Shown here: one piece after another, positions 26,455 to 36,595 of the stretch
How positions within the stretch are numbered: the first letter of the stretch is position 1
Layout: the number at the start of each line of letters is the position of its first letter
Assembly: GCA_035576045.1 (NCBI GenBank)
Contig: DATLWY010000007.1
Coordinates: 1 to 63,350 of the forward strand
From: Gammaproteobacteria bacterium
Lineage (GTDB): Bacteria; Pseudomonadota; Gammaproteobacteria; UBA6186; Azoamicaceae
Length of the DNA: 63,350 bases
Direction: 5' to 3'
The notes under the pieces: generated by a model
Told to the model about the DNA's origin: nothing
Seen by the model: the letters and a program-made list of their open reading frames with translations, nothing else
Databases searched by the model: none
Made by a program: the position numbers and the translations under genes

Positions 26455-28779
26455 ATGGCAACGATAAATAAGCGCTCATTTCTATTAATTTTAGTTGGAA
26501 GCCTTGCATTTTTTCAGACTGAAGCCTTTCAATCCTTTGTAGTGCAGACCATCCGTGTGGAAGGGCTACAGCGGGTTTCCAAAGGAGCGGTCTTAGACGA
26601 CTTGCCTGTACAGGTAGGCCAGACCATAACAGATGCAAAGGCAACGGAAGCGATTCGTGCGCTTTACAAATCAGGATTCTTTAAAGAGGTTACTTTAAAT
26701 CGTGATGGCAATGCCTTGGTGGTGCGTGTTATAGAGCGCCCTACGATTAGTCGGTTAACGCTTACCGGCATTAAAGATAAAGATAAAGTTAAAAAACTTC
26801 TCAGGGAAGTCGGTGTGGCAGAAGGGCAGCTCTTTGATCCCGCTATTTTATTACGTGCCCAAAAAGAACTGGAGCGCTATTATTATAGCCGTGGTCGTTA
26901 TGGGGTAAAAATTGAACCAACGGTTACACAAGAAGGTTCGTTGGTTTCTGTGACCATTACTATTTATGAAGGTGACGTTGCACGCATTAAAGAAATCAAG
27001 ATAATGGGAAACACCCTTTTTCCTGAAAAAGAGCTTTTAAAAGAATTTAAAACGGCTAAAACCAATTGGTTATCCTGGTTTTCTAGCGATGATAAATATA
27101 ATAAAGAAAAATTAAACGCGGACTTAGAAACATTACGATCTTACTATATGGATCGCGGATATGTTAATTTCCAAATTGATTCTTCTCAGGTTTCCTTGTC
27201 TTCGGATAAAAAGAGTATTTTTATCACAATACATGTAACCGAAGGGGAGAAATATAACTTTGGACATGTACGTTTGGCCGGACAGTTTATAGTACCCGAA
27301 AAAGAGTTATACATTTTGCTTTCGCCTTTAGAAGCGGGAACGGCTTTCTCTAGGAAGACATTATTAGAAGTAAAACAAGCGCTTGAAAATCGATTAGGAG
27401 ATGAAGGTTTTACCTTTGCCGAAGCACGTACAAACCATGAAATTATAGAAAGCAAAAAATCCGTTGATATCGTTTTTGAGATCCACCCCGGTAAACGCAT
27501 GAGTGTGCGTCGGATCTTATTTAAAGGGAATTCAACCACCAAAGATGAAGTATTGCGGCGTGAGCTTCCTCAAATGGAAGGAACGTGGATTTCAAATGCA
27601 CTAGTCAAAGAAGGTAAAGAAAAGATTTTACGACGTGGATTTGGTTCTGAAGTAGAAATTGAAACGCCACCGGTGCCTGGAACAACCGACGAATTAGATG
27701 TTATTTATAAGATTGAAGAAGCACGTTTAGGGCAAATAAGTGGTGGTCTCGGTTATTCACCTACTGAGAAATTAATGTTTAACTTTGCCATTTCCCAAGA
27801 AAATTTCTTTGGAACCGGTAATGCAGTTGATTTTAATTTTGACAAAAGTAAGGCGACGACAAACTACGCGTTGGGCTACATGGATCCTTATTTTACGGTC
27901 GATGGAGTTGGAATGGGCGCAAGTGGTTATTTTAATGAGTCTAATCTCAGTAAAACTACCAGTATCTCTAATTTTACAACGGATACGCTTGGCGGAGAAT
28001 TGCGTTGGGTATTTCCGGTAGATAAATACGAATTTATAAAACTTTCTGTGGGTTATGATGATACACGATTAAAAGTTGACTCACTACTCGCGCCCCAGGA
28101 AATTAAAAATTTCACAACGCGCTATGGAACACAATTCCGTGAATATGCTGTTGGTGTCACTTGGATTTACGAAACTTTAAACCAACGCATATTCCCAACC
28201 CGAGGTGTATCACAATCTGCGGGCGTTAAAGCGGTGGTTCCAGGGGCAAATCAGCAGTATTACCAGTTGTCTTATTCAGCATTGGCGTATCATCCGTTAA
28301 CTGAGTCTGAATTGTGGGTTGTCGGTTTGAGAGGGAACTTGGGTTATGGTAGGGGGTATGGAAAAACCCCTCAATTGCCTTTCTATAGAAACTCTTATGC
28401 TGGGGGAATGAGCTCTGTGCGCGGTTTTGAAGAAAGCTCATTAGGACCCAAAGATTCGGCTGGCCGTTCATTTGGGGGTAACACACTCATTCTAGGAACC
28501 GCATCTCTTATTTTCCCAAATCCGATTAAACCAGACGCAAAATCCGTTCGAACAGCATTGTTTTTAGATGCCGGTCAGGTATATGATACGAGCTATACGA
28601 AAAGTATCGTGGATGGCAAGTCTCGTAATCCTCGTGGATTAAGATATGCAGCAGGTATATCCCTGACTTGGAATACGCCTTTAGGAGCGCCGTTATCATT
28701 TAGTTTGGCAAAGCCAATAAATGCAAAACGGGGTGACGAGACGCGTTACTTTACGTTTTCGATGGCCACTCAATTTTAG
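26455..28779 (+). CDS. bamA: Outer-membrane protein assembly factor BamA
   Basis: Signal peptide MATINKRSFLLILVGSLAFFQTEAF, POTRA repeats (IRVEGLQRVS..., IKIMGNTLF...), C-terminal beta-barrel ending YFTFSMATQF. Start taken at ATG 26455. Confidence 0.95.
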   Translation: MATINKRSFLLILVGSLAFFQTEAFQSFVVQTIRVEGLQRVSKGAVLDDLPVQVGQTITDAKATEAIRALYKSGFFKEVTLNRDGNALVVRVIERPTISRLTLTGIKDKDKVKKLLREVGVAEGQLFDPAILLRAQKELERYYYSRGRYGVKIEPTVTQEGSLVSVTITIYEGDVARIKEIKIMGNTLFPEKELLKEFKTAKTNWLSWFSSDDKYNKEKLNADLETLRSYYMDRGYVNFQIDSSQVSLSSDKKSIFITIHVTEGEKYNFGHVRLAGQFIVPEKELYILLSPLEAGTAFSRKTLLEVKQALENRLGDEGFTFAEARTNHEIIESKKSVDIVFEIHPGKRMSVRRILFKGNSTTKDEVLRRELPQMEGTWISNALVKEGKEKILRRGFGSEVEIETPPVPGTTDELDVIYKIEEARLGQISGGLGYSPTEKLMFNFAISQENFFGTGNAVDFNFDKSKATTNYALGYMDPYFTVDGVGMGASGYFNESNLSKTTSISNFTTDTLGGELRWVFPVDKYEFIKLSVGYDDTRLKVDSLLAPQEIKNFTTRYGTQFREYAVGVTWIYETLNQRIFPTRGVSQSAGVKAVVPGANQQYYQLSYSALAYHPLTESELWVVGLRGNLGYGRGYGKTPQLPFYRNSYAGGMSSVRGFEESSLGPKDSAGRSFGGNTLILGTASLIFPNPIKPDAKSVRTALFLDAGQVYDTSYTKSIVDGKSRNPRGLRYAAGISLTWNTPLGAPLSFSLAKPINAKRGDETRYFTFSMATQF

Positions 28780-28816
28780 TTGATTATTTAGCATTTTGCG
28801 TGCGAGGAGAGTTACC

Positions 28817-29386
28817 TTGAAATACTTAATAAGATCCATTTTGTTGTCTGTGTTCTTAGGTTTTAGTTCAATGGCCATGGCTGCGGATGACCTGCCAACC
28901 AGAATTGGGGTTTTAGATTGGCAGTTGTTGTTATCAAAAGCGCCTCAGGCAGAAGATGCAGGTAAGCGCCTTGAAAAAGAATTTCAAGCGCCCAAAGATA
29001 AGTTTGTAAATAAGCAGAAAGAGTTTCAAACCAAACGTGAAAAAATGCAGCGTGATGCAGACGTGATGTCGGTAGCAGAACGAGGGAAAAAAGAAAAAGA
29101 ATTGGCTAAAATGGAACAAGACCTGCGTCGTATGGACGAAGAGTTAAGATCTGACTATACAACGCGACACCGAGAAGAGATGGATCTCTTTATCAAGGAA
29201 GTGAAAGATGTCGTCGAGAAGGTTGCGGAAGAATATAAGTATGACGTGGTTATATCGCAAGAAGCGGCATTACATGTTTCAGAACGAGTCGATATCACTG
29301 CAAAAGTCCTAGAACGATTAGAAAAAACGGCTAAATCAACACCCGCTAAAAAGGTTGAGGATGTGAAGTCGTATAAGAAACCCTAA
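28817..29386 (+). CDS. skp: Periplasmic chaperone Skp (OmpH)
   Basis: Signal peptide ...LLSVFLGFSSMAMA followed by a Lys/Glu-rich coiled coil. Sits between bamA and lpxD. TTG 28817 has a GAGGAG RBS 7 nt upstream. The ORF-track start is TTG 28796. Confidence 0.85.
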   Translation: MKYLIRSILLSVFLGFSSMAMAADDLPTRIGVLDWQLLLSKAPQAEDAGKRLEKEFQAPKDKFVNKQKEFQTKREKMQRDADVMSVAERGKKEKELAKMEQDLRRMDEELRSDYTTRHREEMDLFIKEVKDVVEKVAEEYKYDVVISQEAALHVSERVDITAKVLERLEKTAKSTPAKKVEDVKSYKKP

Positions 29387-29392
29387 TCACGA

Positions 29393-30466
29393 ATGAAGCA
29401 CAGCCAATCTTACACACTAGAGGCGCTCGCTGATCTAATCGGCGCGCGCCTTCAAGGCGATCCGGCCTGTCTTATTTCTGGTATTGCGTCTTTAAAGCGT
29501 GCGACAGCAGGCGAGATTTCTTTTTTAAGCAATGCAGAATACCGCAAAGACTTACCTTCACTATACCGTAAAGACTTAGCTTCAACAAAAGCCTCCGCTG
29601 TTATTTTGAGCAATGCTGAGGCGTCGCTTTGTCCCGTACATGTGCTTATTTCCGAGAATCCACGATTAAGTTTAGCAAAAGCCGCTAAAATTTTTGAAAA
29701 AAAGGAAAGCGTGATTCCCGGTATTCATAAAAGCGCAGTTATAGGCGAAGCATGCAAAATTCCGAATTCTGCCTCTATTGGCGCTAATGTTGTTTTAGGT
29801 AATCGTGTTGTTTTGGGGGAAAATGTAGTTGTCGCGCCAGGATGTGTCGTTGGGCATGATTGCATACTTGGCAATAATACAACGTTAATGGCACACGTCA
29901 CCCTCTATGATAATGTTCAAATGGGTAAACACTGCTTCATTTACAGTGGCGCGGTTATTGGTGGCGATGGTTTTGGATTTGCACATCAAAAAGGTTTTTG
30001 GGTAAGGTTGCCGCACTTGGGTAGCGTGGTTATAGGAGATCAGGTTGAAATTGGGGCAAATACGACGATTGATCGGGGATTTTTAGAAGACACACTGTTA
30101 GGCGATGGCGTTGTTATCGACAATTTAGTACAAGTAGGCCATAACGTCTCTATTGGGGCGGGAACTGCTATTGCGGGATGTGTTGCTATCGCAGGTAGCG
30201 CAGTAATTGGAAAATTTTGTTTAATTGGTGGCGGTTCACGTATTGCTGGGCATGTTGAAATTGTTGATCATGTACATCTAACAGGCGCCTCCATGGTGAC
30301 ACATTCTTTAAAGACGCGAGGCGTATACGGTGGTTTTCCAGCGAAACCCGTTGATTTATGGCGAAAAAATATGGCGCGTTTTAATAATCTAGATGATATG
30401 GCACGACGGTTGCGTGCTTTGGAAAATAAGGTATTGAACAATGCACGCTTTGTGGAGGATGAATAA
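29393..30466 (+). CDS. lpxD: UDP-3-O-(3-hydroxyacyl)glucosamine N-acyltransferase
   Basis: 357 aa with left-handed beta-helix hexapeptide repeats and a conserved position. Contains a 24-bp tandem duplication (YRKDLPSL/YRKDLAST) at 29540-29587. Confidence 0.93.
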   Translation: MKHSQSYTLEALADLIGARLQGDPACLISGIASLKRATAGEISFLSNAEYRKDLPSLYRKDLASTKASAVILSNAEASLCPVHVLISENPRLSLAKAAKIFEKKESVIPGIHKSAVIGEACKIPNSASIGANVVLGNRVVLGENVVVAPGCVVGHDCILGNNTTLMAHVTLYDNVQMGKHCFIYSGAVIGGDGFGFAHQKGFWVRLPHLGSVVIGDQVEIGANTTIDRGFLEDTLLGDGVVIDNLVQVGHNVSIGAGTAIAGCVAIAGSAVIGKFCLIGGGSRIAGHVEIVDHVHLTGASMVTHSLKTRGVYGGFPAKPVDLWRKNMARFNNLDDMARRLRALENKVLNNARFVEDE

Positions 30467-30910
30467 ATGATACTAGATATCCAGCAGATTTTAGAGTGTT
30501 TGCCGCATCGATATCCATTCTTGCTGGTAGACCGCGTCTTAGAGTTTGAACAAGATAAAATGTTATTGGCCATAAAAAATGTGTCGTTTAATGAGCCTTT
30601 TTTTTCAGGGCATTTTCCAGTTAAAGCGGTAATGCCTGGTGTCTTAATTTTAGAAGCATTGGCGCAATCAGCTGCTATTTTGGCGAGTCATACTGCCGAA
30701 TGGGATCCAAACGGCTCTTTATTTTACTTGGGTGCCATTGAAAATGCGCGTTTTAAAAAAATTGTTGTTCCAGGAGATCAATTACATTTAAGTGTAGAAG
30801 TTTTAAAGCGCCGAGCAAATGTTTGGAAATTTAAGGGAACTGCATTGGTTGAGAATGAAATTGTTTGTACAGCTGAAATGACCTGTGCAGAAGGATCGGT
30901 GAGTTTGTGA
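30467..30910 (+). CDS. fabZ: 3-hydroxyacyl-ACP dehydratase FabZ
   Basis: LPHRYPFLLVDRV, NEPFFSGHFP and MPGVLILEALAQ motifs. Confidence 0.96.
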   Translation: MILDIQQILECLPHRYPFLLVDRVLEFEQDKMLLAIKNVSFNEPFFSGHFPVKAVMPGVLILEALAQSAAILASHTAEWDPNGSLFYLGAIENARFKKIVVPGDQLHLSVEVLKRRANVWKFKGTALVENEIVCTAEMTCAEGSVSL

Positions 30911-31677
30911 TAGATAAGCACGCGATAGTTGATCCCAAAGCCAAACTTGCTGCTAATGTGGTAGTGGGTCCTTGGACACTGATTGGGCCAGATGTAGAAA
31001 TTGAAGAGGGCACTTGGATTGCATCACATGTTGTTATTCGCGGGCCAACACGTATTGGTCGAGAAAATCGTATTTATCAATTTGCGACCATTGGTGAAGA
31101 TTCTCCCGATAAGAAATATTCGGGTGAACTTACGTATTTAAAAATTGGCGATCGCAATGTTTTTCGTGAATCATGCACCATTCATCGTGGTACAGTACAA
31201 GGTGGCGGAATAACGAAAATTGGAAACGATAATTTGTTTATGGCTTATACGCATGTTGCCCATGATTGCACGGTTGGAAATCAAGTAGTCTTTTCAAATA
31301 ATGCCTCGATTGCAGGGCATGTCAAAGTGGAAGATTTTGTATGCTTGGGTGGTATGGTAGGGGTTCATCAGTTTTGTGCTATTGGTGCTCATAGTTTTGC
31401 CGCAGGTGGTGCAATGATTATCAAAGATGTTCCGCCCTTTGTAATGGTTTCAGGTTATCCGGCCGAAGCCCATGGTTTAAATTCGGTTGGTTTAGAGCGT
31501 AGGGGCTATAGCGCCGCCACAATTGCTGCTTTAAAACGTGCCTATAAAATTATTTTTAGACAGACTTTAACGCTTCAAGAAGCCATTAATGAGCTAAAGA
31601 CCATGGTGGTTGAAAATCCAGAAATACAGATTCTGATTGATTTCTTATCGAATTCAACGCGTGGTATTGTTCGTTAA
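30907..31677 (+). CDS. lpxA: Acyl-ACP--UDP-N-acetylglucosamine O-acyltransferase
   Basis: Hexapeptide-repeat protein of 256 aa. Contains AYTHVAHDCTVGN and LNSVGLERRG. Position is between fabZ and lpxB. Confidence 0.94.
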   Translation: MIDKHAIVDPKAKLAANVVVGPWTLIGPDVEIEEGTWIASHVVIRGPTRIGRENRIYQFATIGEDSPDKKYSGELTYLKIGDRNVFRESCTIHRGTVQGGGITKIGNDNLFMAYTHVAHDCTVGNQVVFSNNASIAGHVKVEDFVCLGGMVGVHQFCAIGAHSFAAGGAMIIKDVPPFVMVSGYPAEAHGLNSVGLERRGYSAATIAALKRAYKIIFRQTLTLQEAINELKTMVVENPEIQILIDFLSNSTRGIVR

Positions 31678-31743
31678 CCCCTCGCTCTTTGCCCTCATCA
31701 GGGGCTGCTCACCATCTTATCTCGCGAAACGGGAGAAGGATCG

Positions 31744-32874
31744 GTGAAAGTCGGCATCGTTGTTGGCGAAGTCTCGGGTGACAATTTAGCAGCCAATTTA
31801 ATGCGCGCTTTACGCCAGCGGTACCCTAATCTTACTTTCGAAGGCATTTTAGGTCCCGCATTATTAAAAGAAGGCGGACAGTCTTTATATCCGATGGAAC
31901 GTTTATCAGTGATGGGGCTGATTGAGCCTTTAGGACGTTTGCCTGAATTATTTCGTATTCGACGACAGCTGATCCAGCATTTTTGTAATAATCCTCCCGA
32001 TGTTTTTATTGGTGTTGATGCGCCAGATTTTAATTTAGGTCTTGAAAAAAAATTAAAAGCGCATGGAATATCCACGGTGCATTATGTTAGTCCTAGTGTT
32101 TGGGCATGGCGTCAGGGACGGATTAAAGGGATTAAAAAAGCCGTCGGTTTAATGCTCACGTTATTTCCTTTTGAGGCAAAATTTTTCGAAGATCACCAGG
32201 TACCGGTTTGTTTTACAGGGCATCCGCTGGCAGATCAGATCCCCCTTGAAGTTAACACGATTGAAGCAAAAGAAGCACTTGGGCTTGATATGTCTAAACC
32301 CGTTATTGCGCTTTTGCCAGGCAGTAGACAAAGCGAAATCAAATATTTGGCAGAAATATTTATTAAAAGTGCACAGCTTTGTTTTGAAAAACAAAAAAAC
32401 CTACAGTTTGTTATGCCCTTGGTATCGGAAGCGCACAAAGTAATATTAGAACATTTACATCAAATGATCGCGCCCGAAATGCCCATCAAAATACTACTGG
32501 GAGATGCACATTTAGCCATGCGTGCAGCAGATGCAGTATTAGTCACATCGGGTACAGCCACTTTGGAAGTGATGTTGCATAAAAAACCAATGATACTTGC
32601 GTATCGTATGCACCCGATTAATTTTTACATTGTAAAGTATTTGGTAAAGCTATCATATATTGCGTTACCTAATTTATTGGCAGGTGAAGTGATTGTGCCG
32701 GAATTTATTCAAAGTGACGCAACGCCCGAAAAATTGAGTACTGCGTTGCTGCAACTATTATCTCCAGATTTTGATCGTACAAGCTTGGTCGAAAAATTTA
32801 AGGAAATTCATTTAACCTTAAAGAAAAATGCAAGTGAAGTGGCTGCTCGTGCGATAAGCGCAATCATGACCTAG
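31744..32874 (+). CDS. lpxB: Lipid-A-disaccharide synthase
   Basis: VKVGIVVGEVSGDNLAA, YVSPSVWAWRQGR and ALLPGSRQSEI motifs. GTG start. Confidence 0.93.
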   Translation: MKVGIVVGEVSGDNLAANLMRALRQRYPNLTFEGILGPALLKEGGQSLYPMERLSVMGLIEPLGRLPELFRIRRQLIQHFCNNPPDVFIGVDAPDFNLGLEKKLKAHGISTVHYVSPSVWAWRQGRIKGIKKAVGLMLTLFPFEAKFFEDHQVPVCFTGHPLADQIPLEVNTIEAKEALGLDMSKPVIALLPGSRQSEIKYLAEIFIKSAQLCFEKQKNLQFVMPLVSEAHKVILEHLHQMIAPEMPIKILLGDAHLAMRAADAVLVTSGTATLEVMLHKKPMILAYRMHPINFYIVKYLVKLSYIALPNLLAGEVIVPEFIQSDATPEKLSTALLQLLSPDFDRTSLVEKFKEIHLTLKKNASEVAARAISAIMT

Positions 32875-32951
32875 ATCCTACTGCATTTATTTGAGTTGGC
32901 GTTTTATTCATGTATAATTTCATACAACTTTTTTATAAAAGAGGTAAGGAT

Positions 32952-33683
32952 ATGATCATGAATACGAGTGCTAGCAAACAGCCTGAACAAACACTTGGTT
33001 TGGAAAAAATGTATGTTGTGTTGTGTGCTTTGTTTTCTGTTTTCATAGTGATTTGTAACCTAACTTATGTAAAATTTGTTTATTTACCCGCCTTACCTTT
33101 TTATACTTTTGAGGTGTCTGTAGGCGCGATGCTTTACCCTATAATGTTTATGCTAACAGATCTGATCGCTGAATTTTATGATAAAAAAAGAGCTACTTTC
33201 TGCGTAAGACTAGCAATTGCGATGAATATCACCGCGGCTTTAATTGTAAGCGGTATGGACTTATTACAAGCGACTCCCTGGTCTAAAGTTGATAATGCCA
33301 TTTTTCATCAAGTATTTGGGCATTTCGGATTGGCTTTTTTTGCTAATATAATTGCCTGTTACACGGCACAACTAGTTGATATAAATTTATATTTATGGAT
33401 TAAAAAATTAACCAGAGGTAGAGGCCTATGGCTTAGAAATAATGGTAGTACAGCAGTATCTTTATTGATAGATACTTGTACAGCGATTATTCTTTTAACT
33501 CTTATGGGAATATTACCAAAAGAACAAATGTGGAATATTATTATGAATAGTTATTTATATAAACTGTTTATAACAATTTGCAACACACCGACATTTTATC
33601 TGTTGGTTGCAATGGTGAAAAAATTTATTTCCCCTCAGAAACAAGAAATTTCTCTTATTACAACAGAGTTAGAGACGGCCTAA
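32952..33683 (+). CDS. yhhQ: Queuosine-precursor transporter (YhhQ/VUT family)
   Basis: YPIMFMLTDLIAEFYDKKRA and LWLRNNGSTAVSLLIDT match YhhQ-family blocks. Six or more TM segments. The ATG at 32952 has an AAGAGGTAAGGA RBS. Confidence 0.75.
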   Translation: MIMNTSASKQPEQTLGLEKMYVVLCALFSVFIVICNLTYVKFVYLPALPFYTFEVSVGAMLYPIMFMLTDLIAEFYDKKRATFCVRLAIAMNITAALIVSGMDLLQATPWSKVDNAIFHQVFGHFGLAFFANIIACYTAQLVDINLYLWIKKLTRGRGLWLRNNGSTAVSLLIDTCTAIILLTLMGILPKEQMWNIIMNSYLYKLFITICNTPTFYLLVAMVKKFISPQKQEISLITTELETA

Positions 33684-34517
33684 AGAACACAAAATTTCTC
33701 CTTTTTCAAATAAGTCATTTTTGTTATTACAATTAAGCTTGTTCTTTATATTCTCTACATAGCTAGCCACTGTCGTGACAGCGAGATTTAAATCTCTGGA
33801 AACTTTTTTGATACTATGTGTTGTAAGATATATTCTAAGACAATTTATTTCTTGGGGCGATAAGGAAATATTAGCTAAAAAACTCTGATCACCGCTATTG
33901 CCTAAGAACCCTGCTTTTTCTAAAAAATGAATTTTGCTTTTGATTTCAGACTGTTCATTAAACACCAACCCCTTTTGCTGATGAAATAGATCTCCTTTAA
34001 GGGTTGCAAAGTCCATCCTGTTTTCTTGTAAATCCTTTTCAACGACTAAAGATAATTTATTATTTAAATCTCGAATAGCTTTTTTAATTATTTGAGTTTC
34101 ATTCATTAATCTATTATTCATTCGATAGTTATCTTTAGCTGTTGCAAAAGCAAATCCGTAATAACCACCGTCAGAGGTTTTTTCTGTGTAAACAAAGCTA
34201 TGATAGCAATTAAAGTTAATCGTTGCGTCATATAGAAATGTATCTTTAAATTCTTGTTCGGTGCTAGCATTATCCAAGGCAAAGCCATTGTGTATATTGT
34301 TTGGATGCACCAGAAAAGGATCTGTCTTATAATATTCTTCTTCTACCACCCGTTGTCCTAACCCCGAATGAGTATAAATACCAAAAAACCTGCTATTTTT
34401 ATCAATATTGACATACACTCCCTGAGTTATGCCTAGATAGTCTGCCAGCGGTTTACAAAGCTCTGCTAATTTATTATGGTACAATTTAGTCCCAAGAAAA
34501 AATTCATCTGTTAACAT
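33669..34517 (-). CDS. LuxR-family transcription regulator (solo): N-terminal ligand-binding-like domain plus C-terminal GerE/LuxR HTH
   Basis: The C-terminus LSPQEINCLRIYLTTHSIKKVSRDLNLAVTTVASYVENIKNKLNCNNKNDL is a LuxR-type HTH. The N-terminal domain has the EEEYYKTDPFL element (cf. the W/Y..Y....DP of autoinducer-binding domains). Its 3' end overlaps the yhhQ 3' end by 15 nt. Confidence 0.75.
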   Translation of the reverse strand: MLTDEFFLGTKLYHNKLAELCKPLADYLGITQGVYVNIDKNSRFFGIYTHSGLGQRVVEEEYYKTDPFLVHPNNIHNGFALDNASTEQEFKDTFLYDATINFNCYHSFVYTEKTSDGGYYGFAFATAKDNYRMNNRLMNETQIIKKAIRDLNNKLSLVVEKDLQENRMDFATLKGDLFHQQKGLVFNEQSEIKSKIHFLEKAGFLGNSGDQSFLANISLSPQEINCLRIYLTTHSIKKVSRDLNLAVTTVASYVENIKNKLNCNNKNDLFEKGEILCSLGRL

Positions 34518-34531
34518 GTTATGTTCCTTCC

Positions 34532-35071
34532 CTAATTTTCTTTTAAACTGAGTGTGTTAATCGCACGCTGTTTTGGCAGTTCTACTTGAATTTTATTAAT
34601 CATGAGATTAATAAAATGCTTTATGATAGCCATGTCATTTAATAGCTTATTCATAAAGATAAAGCGATTATTTTTCGTAAAAAATCTAAAGCAATAATTT
34701 TCCGTTCCTATTTTTTTTTGAATTGAGACAAATTCTTCAACATTAAAAATTTTATATAAATCATATAAAAATCCACATTGATTAAAACTTTCACAATCTG
34801 TTCCCAGGCTTATTTCCCAAACTGCGTCATCGGTGGATTCACTATTCAGAATTGCATCATCGTTGTTGGATTCAGCATTTAGGATAGGATCATGCAAATA
34901 ATATTTTTTATCCCAGTAATCTCCCCAGATAGATTGATCAGTGACGACCATATTTAATACATCATTGTTTAGATTCATTATCCACAGGGAATTACAACTC
35001 AATACTTTAAAGATATCTTTACATAATTGTTGATCGATATTATCATAAATAAAGAGCTTATCTATTTTCAT
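34532..35071 (-). CDS. LuxR-N-terminal-domain-like protein without an HTH (stand-alone ligand-binding-type domain)
   Basis: 179 aa. DYWDKKYYLHDPILN parallels the YY..DP element of the neighbouring LuxR. No DNA-binding domain. Very AT-rich gene. Confidence 0.45.
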   Translation of the reverse strand: MKIDKLFIYDNIDQQLCKDIFKVLSCNSLWIMNLNNDVLNMVVTDQSIWGDYWDKKYYLHDPILNAESNNDDAILNSESTDDAVWEISLGTDCESFNQCGFLYDLYKIFNVEEFVSIQKKIGTENYCFRFFTKNNRFIFMNKLLNDMAIIKHFINLMINKIQVELPKQRAINTLSLKEN

Positions 35072-35311
35072 TTATAACTCCAATTTTTAACATTTCAATC
35101 TCCTAGGTTTCTTGTTAACAGAAATCAAATTTATACCCCTAAAGTATGTCAAAAAATTTCTTAATACACTTGGTTTTATTCTCTCTCAAAATAAAATTAA
35201 AATTCTACCTTAATAATAGAGGTAGCCTAACTATATTTTTAGTACCTTTAATAACTAATCTACAGCTTAGAACTTGTTTTTAAGTATTTTGCAGTGTTAT
35301 TTTTCGCAACA

Positions 35312-36559
35312 TTAGAAAACTGATGGAGATAATGTCTCTGTGGTTAAATTTCGACCTATTTTTTCATCTTTTTGGATCAAGGCATACCAAATAATCGCCG
35401 CGCAGACATATCCAAACACAATAGTTGCAACGGGTACAATCGTGCCATTGAATGCAAGTTCAGAAACCAGCACCAAGCCAGAAGCTAACAACTGGCGAAT
35501 AGCGGTTGACATGGCAGTTGAAGTTCCTTTCATGTCTGGAAAAAGCGTTAAAGCTTTCATACCAAATATTCCGACCATAAAAGATCCACCCGCAGCAACA
35601 AGCGCCATTGAAATACAAATCAGTGAGATTGAATTAGGATTAAATATGGCTGTTAAAAATAGGCTAACGCCCCCAACCGTTGTGATAAGCCCACCTAAAT
35701 TTTTAGTGAAGTCTAATCCTTTTTTTGCGATTAATTTGCTACCCAGGTATGAGAAAATAACAAAAGTTCCCATCGTCGATGCTTGATAATATCCCAAATC
35801 AGTCAATGATACGCCCATATGATTAATCAAAATAAGCGATAAATTAGAAATATAAACCACAATAACGACCAAGGGTAAAAGTGCAATAACGTTATATCCT
35901 ACAAATTTGAAACTACAAATCAATGTACAATAGTCTTTTGCAATGGATAAGGCCTGGAATTTTTTTCTATTTTGTACGGGAAGAGACTCATCAATAAATA
36001 AGAATGAGCCAATTAAAGACAATCCCACTAGAATAGTGATTAAGATAAAATTGCCTCGCCAATGAAAAACACTGCTTATCCAAGTGCCCAAAATAGGTGC
36101 GCCCGCCATTGCAGCTGAAATAACACTGTTACAGATGCCGACGAGTTGGCTTGCTTTTTCGAGAGGGTATTTGTCTAAAAAGAGAGTACATCCGATGACC
36201 ATGGGTACAGAAGCAGACATGCCTTGGATGAATCTCCAGAACAGCATTGTTGTAAAGCTTTCTGCAAACACACACCCAAGGCTGCTCACGAAAAATAGAG
36301 AAAGTCCGCTCATTAATACGTTTCTTCTGCCAAATGTATCGGAAAGTGGCCCAGATACAAGACTGGCGAGGCACAGGCCGACAAAATTGATACTTAAGAT
36401 GAGTTGAATTTTGTCTTCAGTGGTAGAGAAAAATTCAACCATTTCAGGGAAAGCGGGTACATACATATCTGCTTCGGCACATAATGCAATGTACATTAGA
36501 ATAACAACACTTAAGATGGTTAATTCTAATCGGCGTTCCGAAAGGCTTTTAGAAAACAT
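35312..36559 (-). CDS. MFS transporter (Bcr/CflA-type drug efflux-like)
   Basis: 12 TM segments. MFS motif A is GPLSDTFGRRNVLMSGL. Start is ATG 36559 (AGGAT RBS) or ATG 36571. Confidence 0.8.
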   Translation of the reverse strand: MFSKSLSERRLELTILSVVILMYIALCAEADMYVPAFPEMVEFFSTTEDKIQLILSINFVGLCLASLVSGPLSDTFGRRNVLMSGLSLFFVSSLGCVFAESFTTMLFWRFIQGMSASVPMVIGCTLFLDKYPLEKASQLVGICNSVISAAMAGAPILGTWISSVFHWRGNFILITILVGLSLIGSFLFIDESLPVQNRKKFQALSIAKDYCTLICSFKFVGYNVIALLPLVVIVVYISNLSLILINHMGVSLTDLGYYQASTMGTFVIFSYLGSKLIAKKGLDFTKNLGGLITTVGGVSLFLTAIFNPNSISLICISMALVAAGGSFMVGIFGMKALTLFPDMKGTSTAMSTAIRQLLASGLVLVSELAFNGTIVPVATIVFGYVCAAIIWYALIQKDEKIGRNLTTETLSPSVF

Positions 36560-36595
36560 AGATATCCTCATTCTATAACCGGGCCCATGACCAAT

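Noticed and set aside
32875-32951. Possible preQ1 riboswitch upstream of the yhhQ-type queuosine-precursor transporter.
   Set aside because: YhhQ genes are often preQ1-regulated. The 77-nt leader, however, shows only a TATAAT box and a weak CUUUU/AAAAG hairpin. I could not find the conserved preQ1-I core (a short G/C-containing stem-loop followed by the A-rich tail pairing near the SD).
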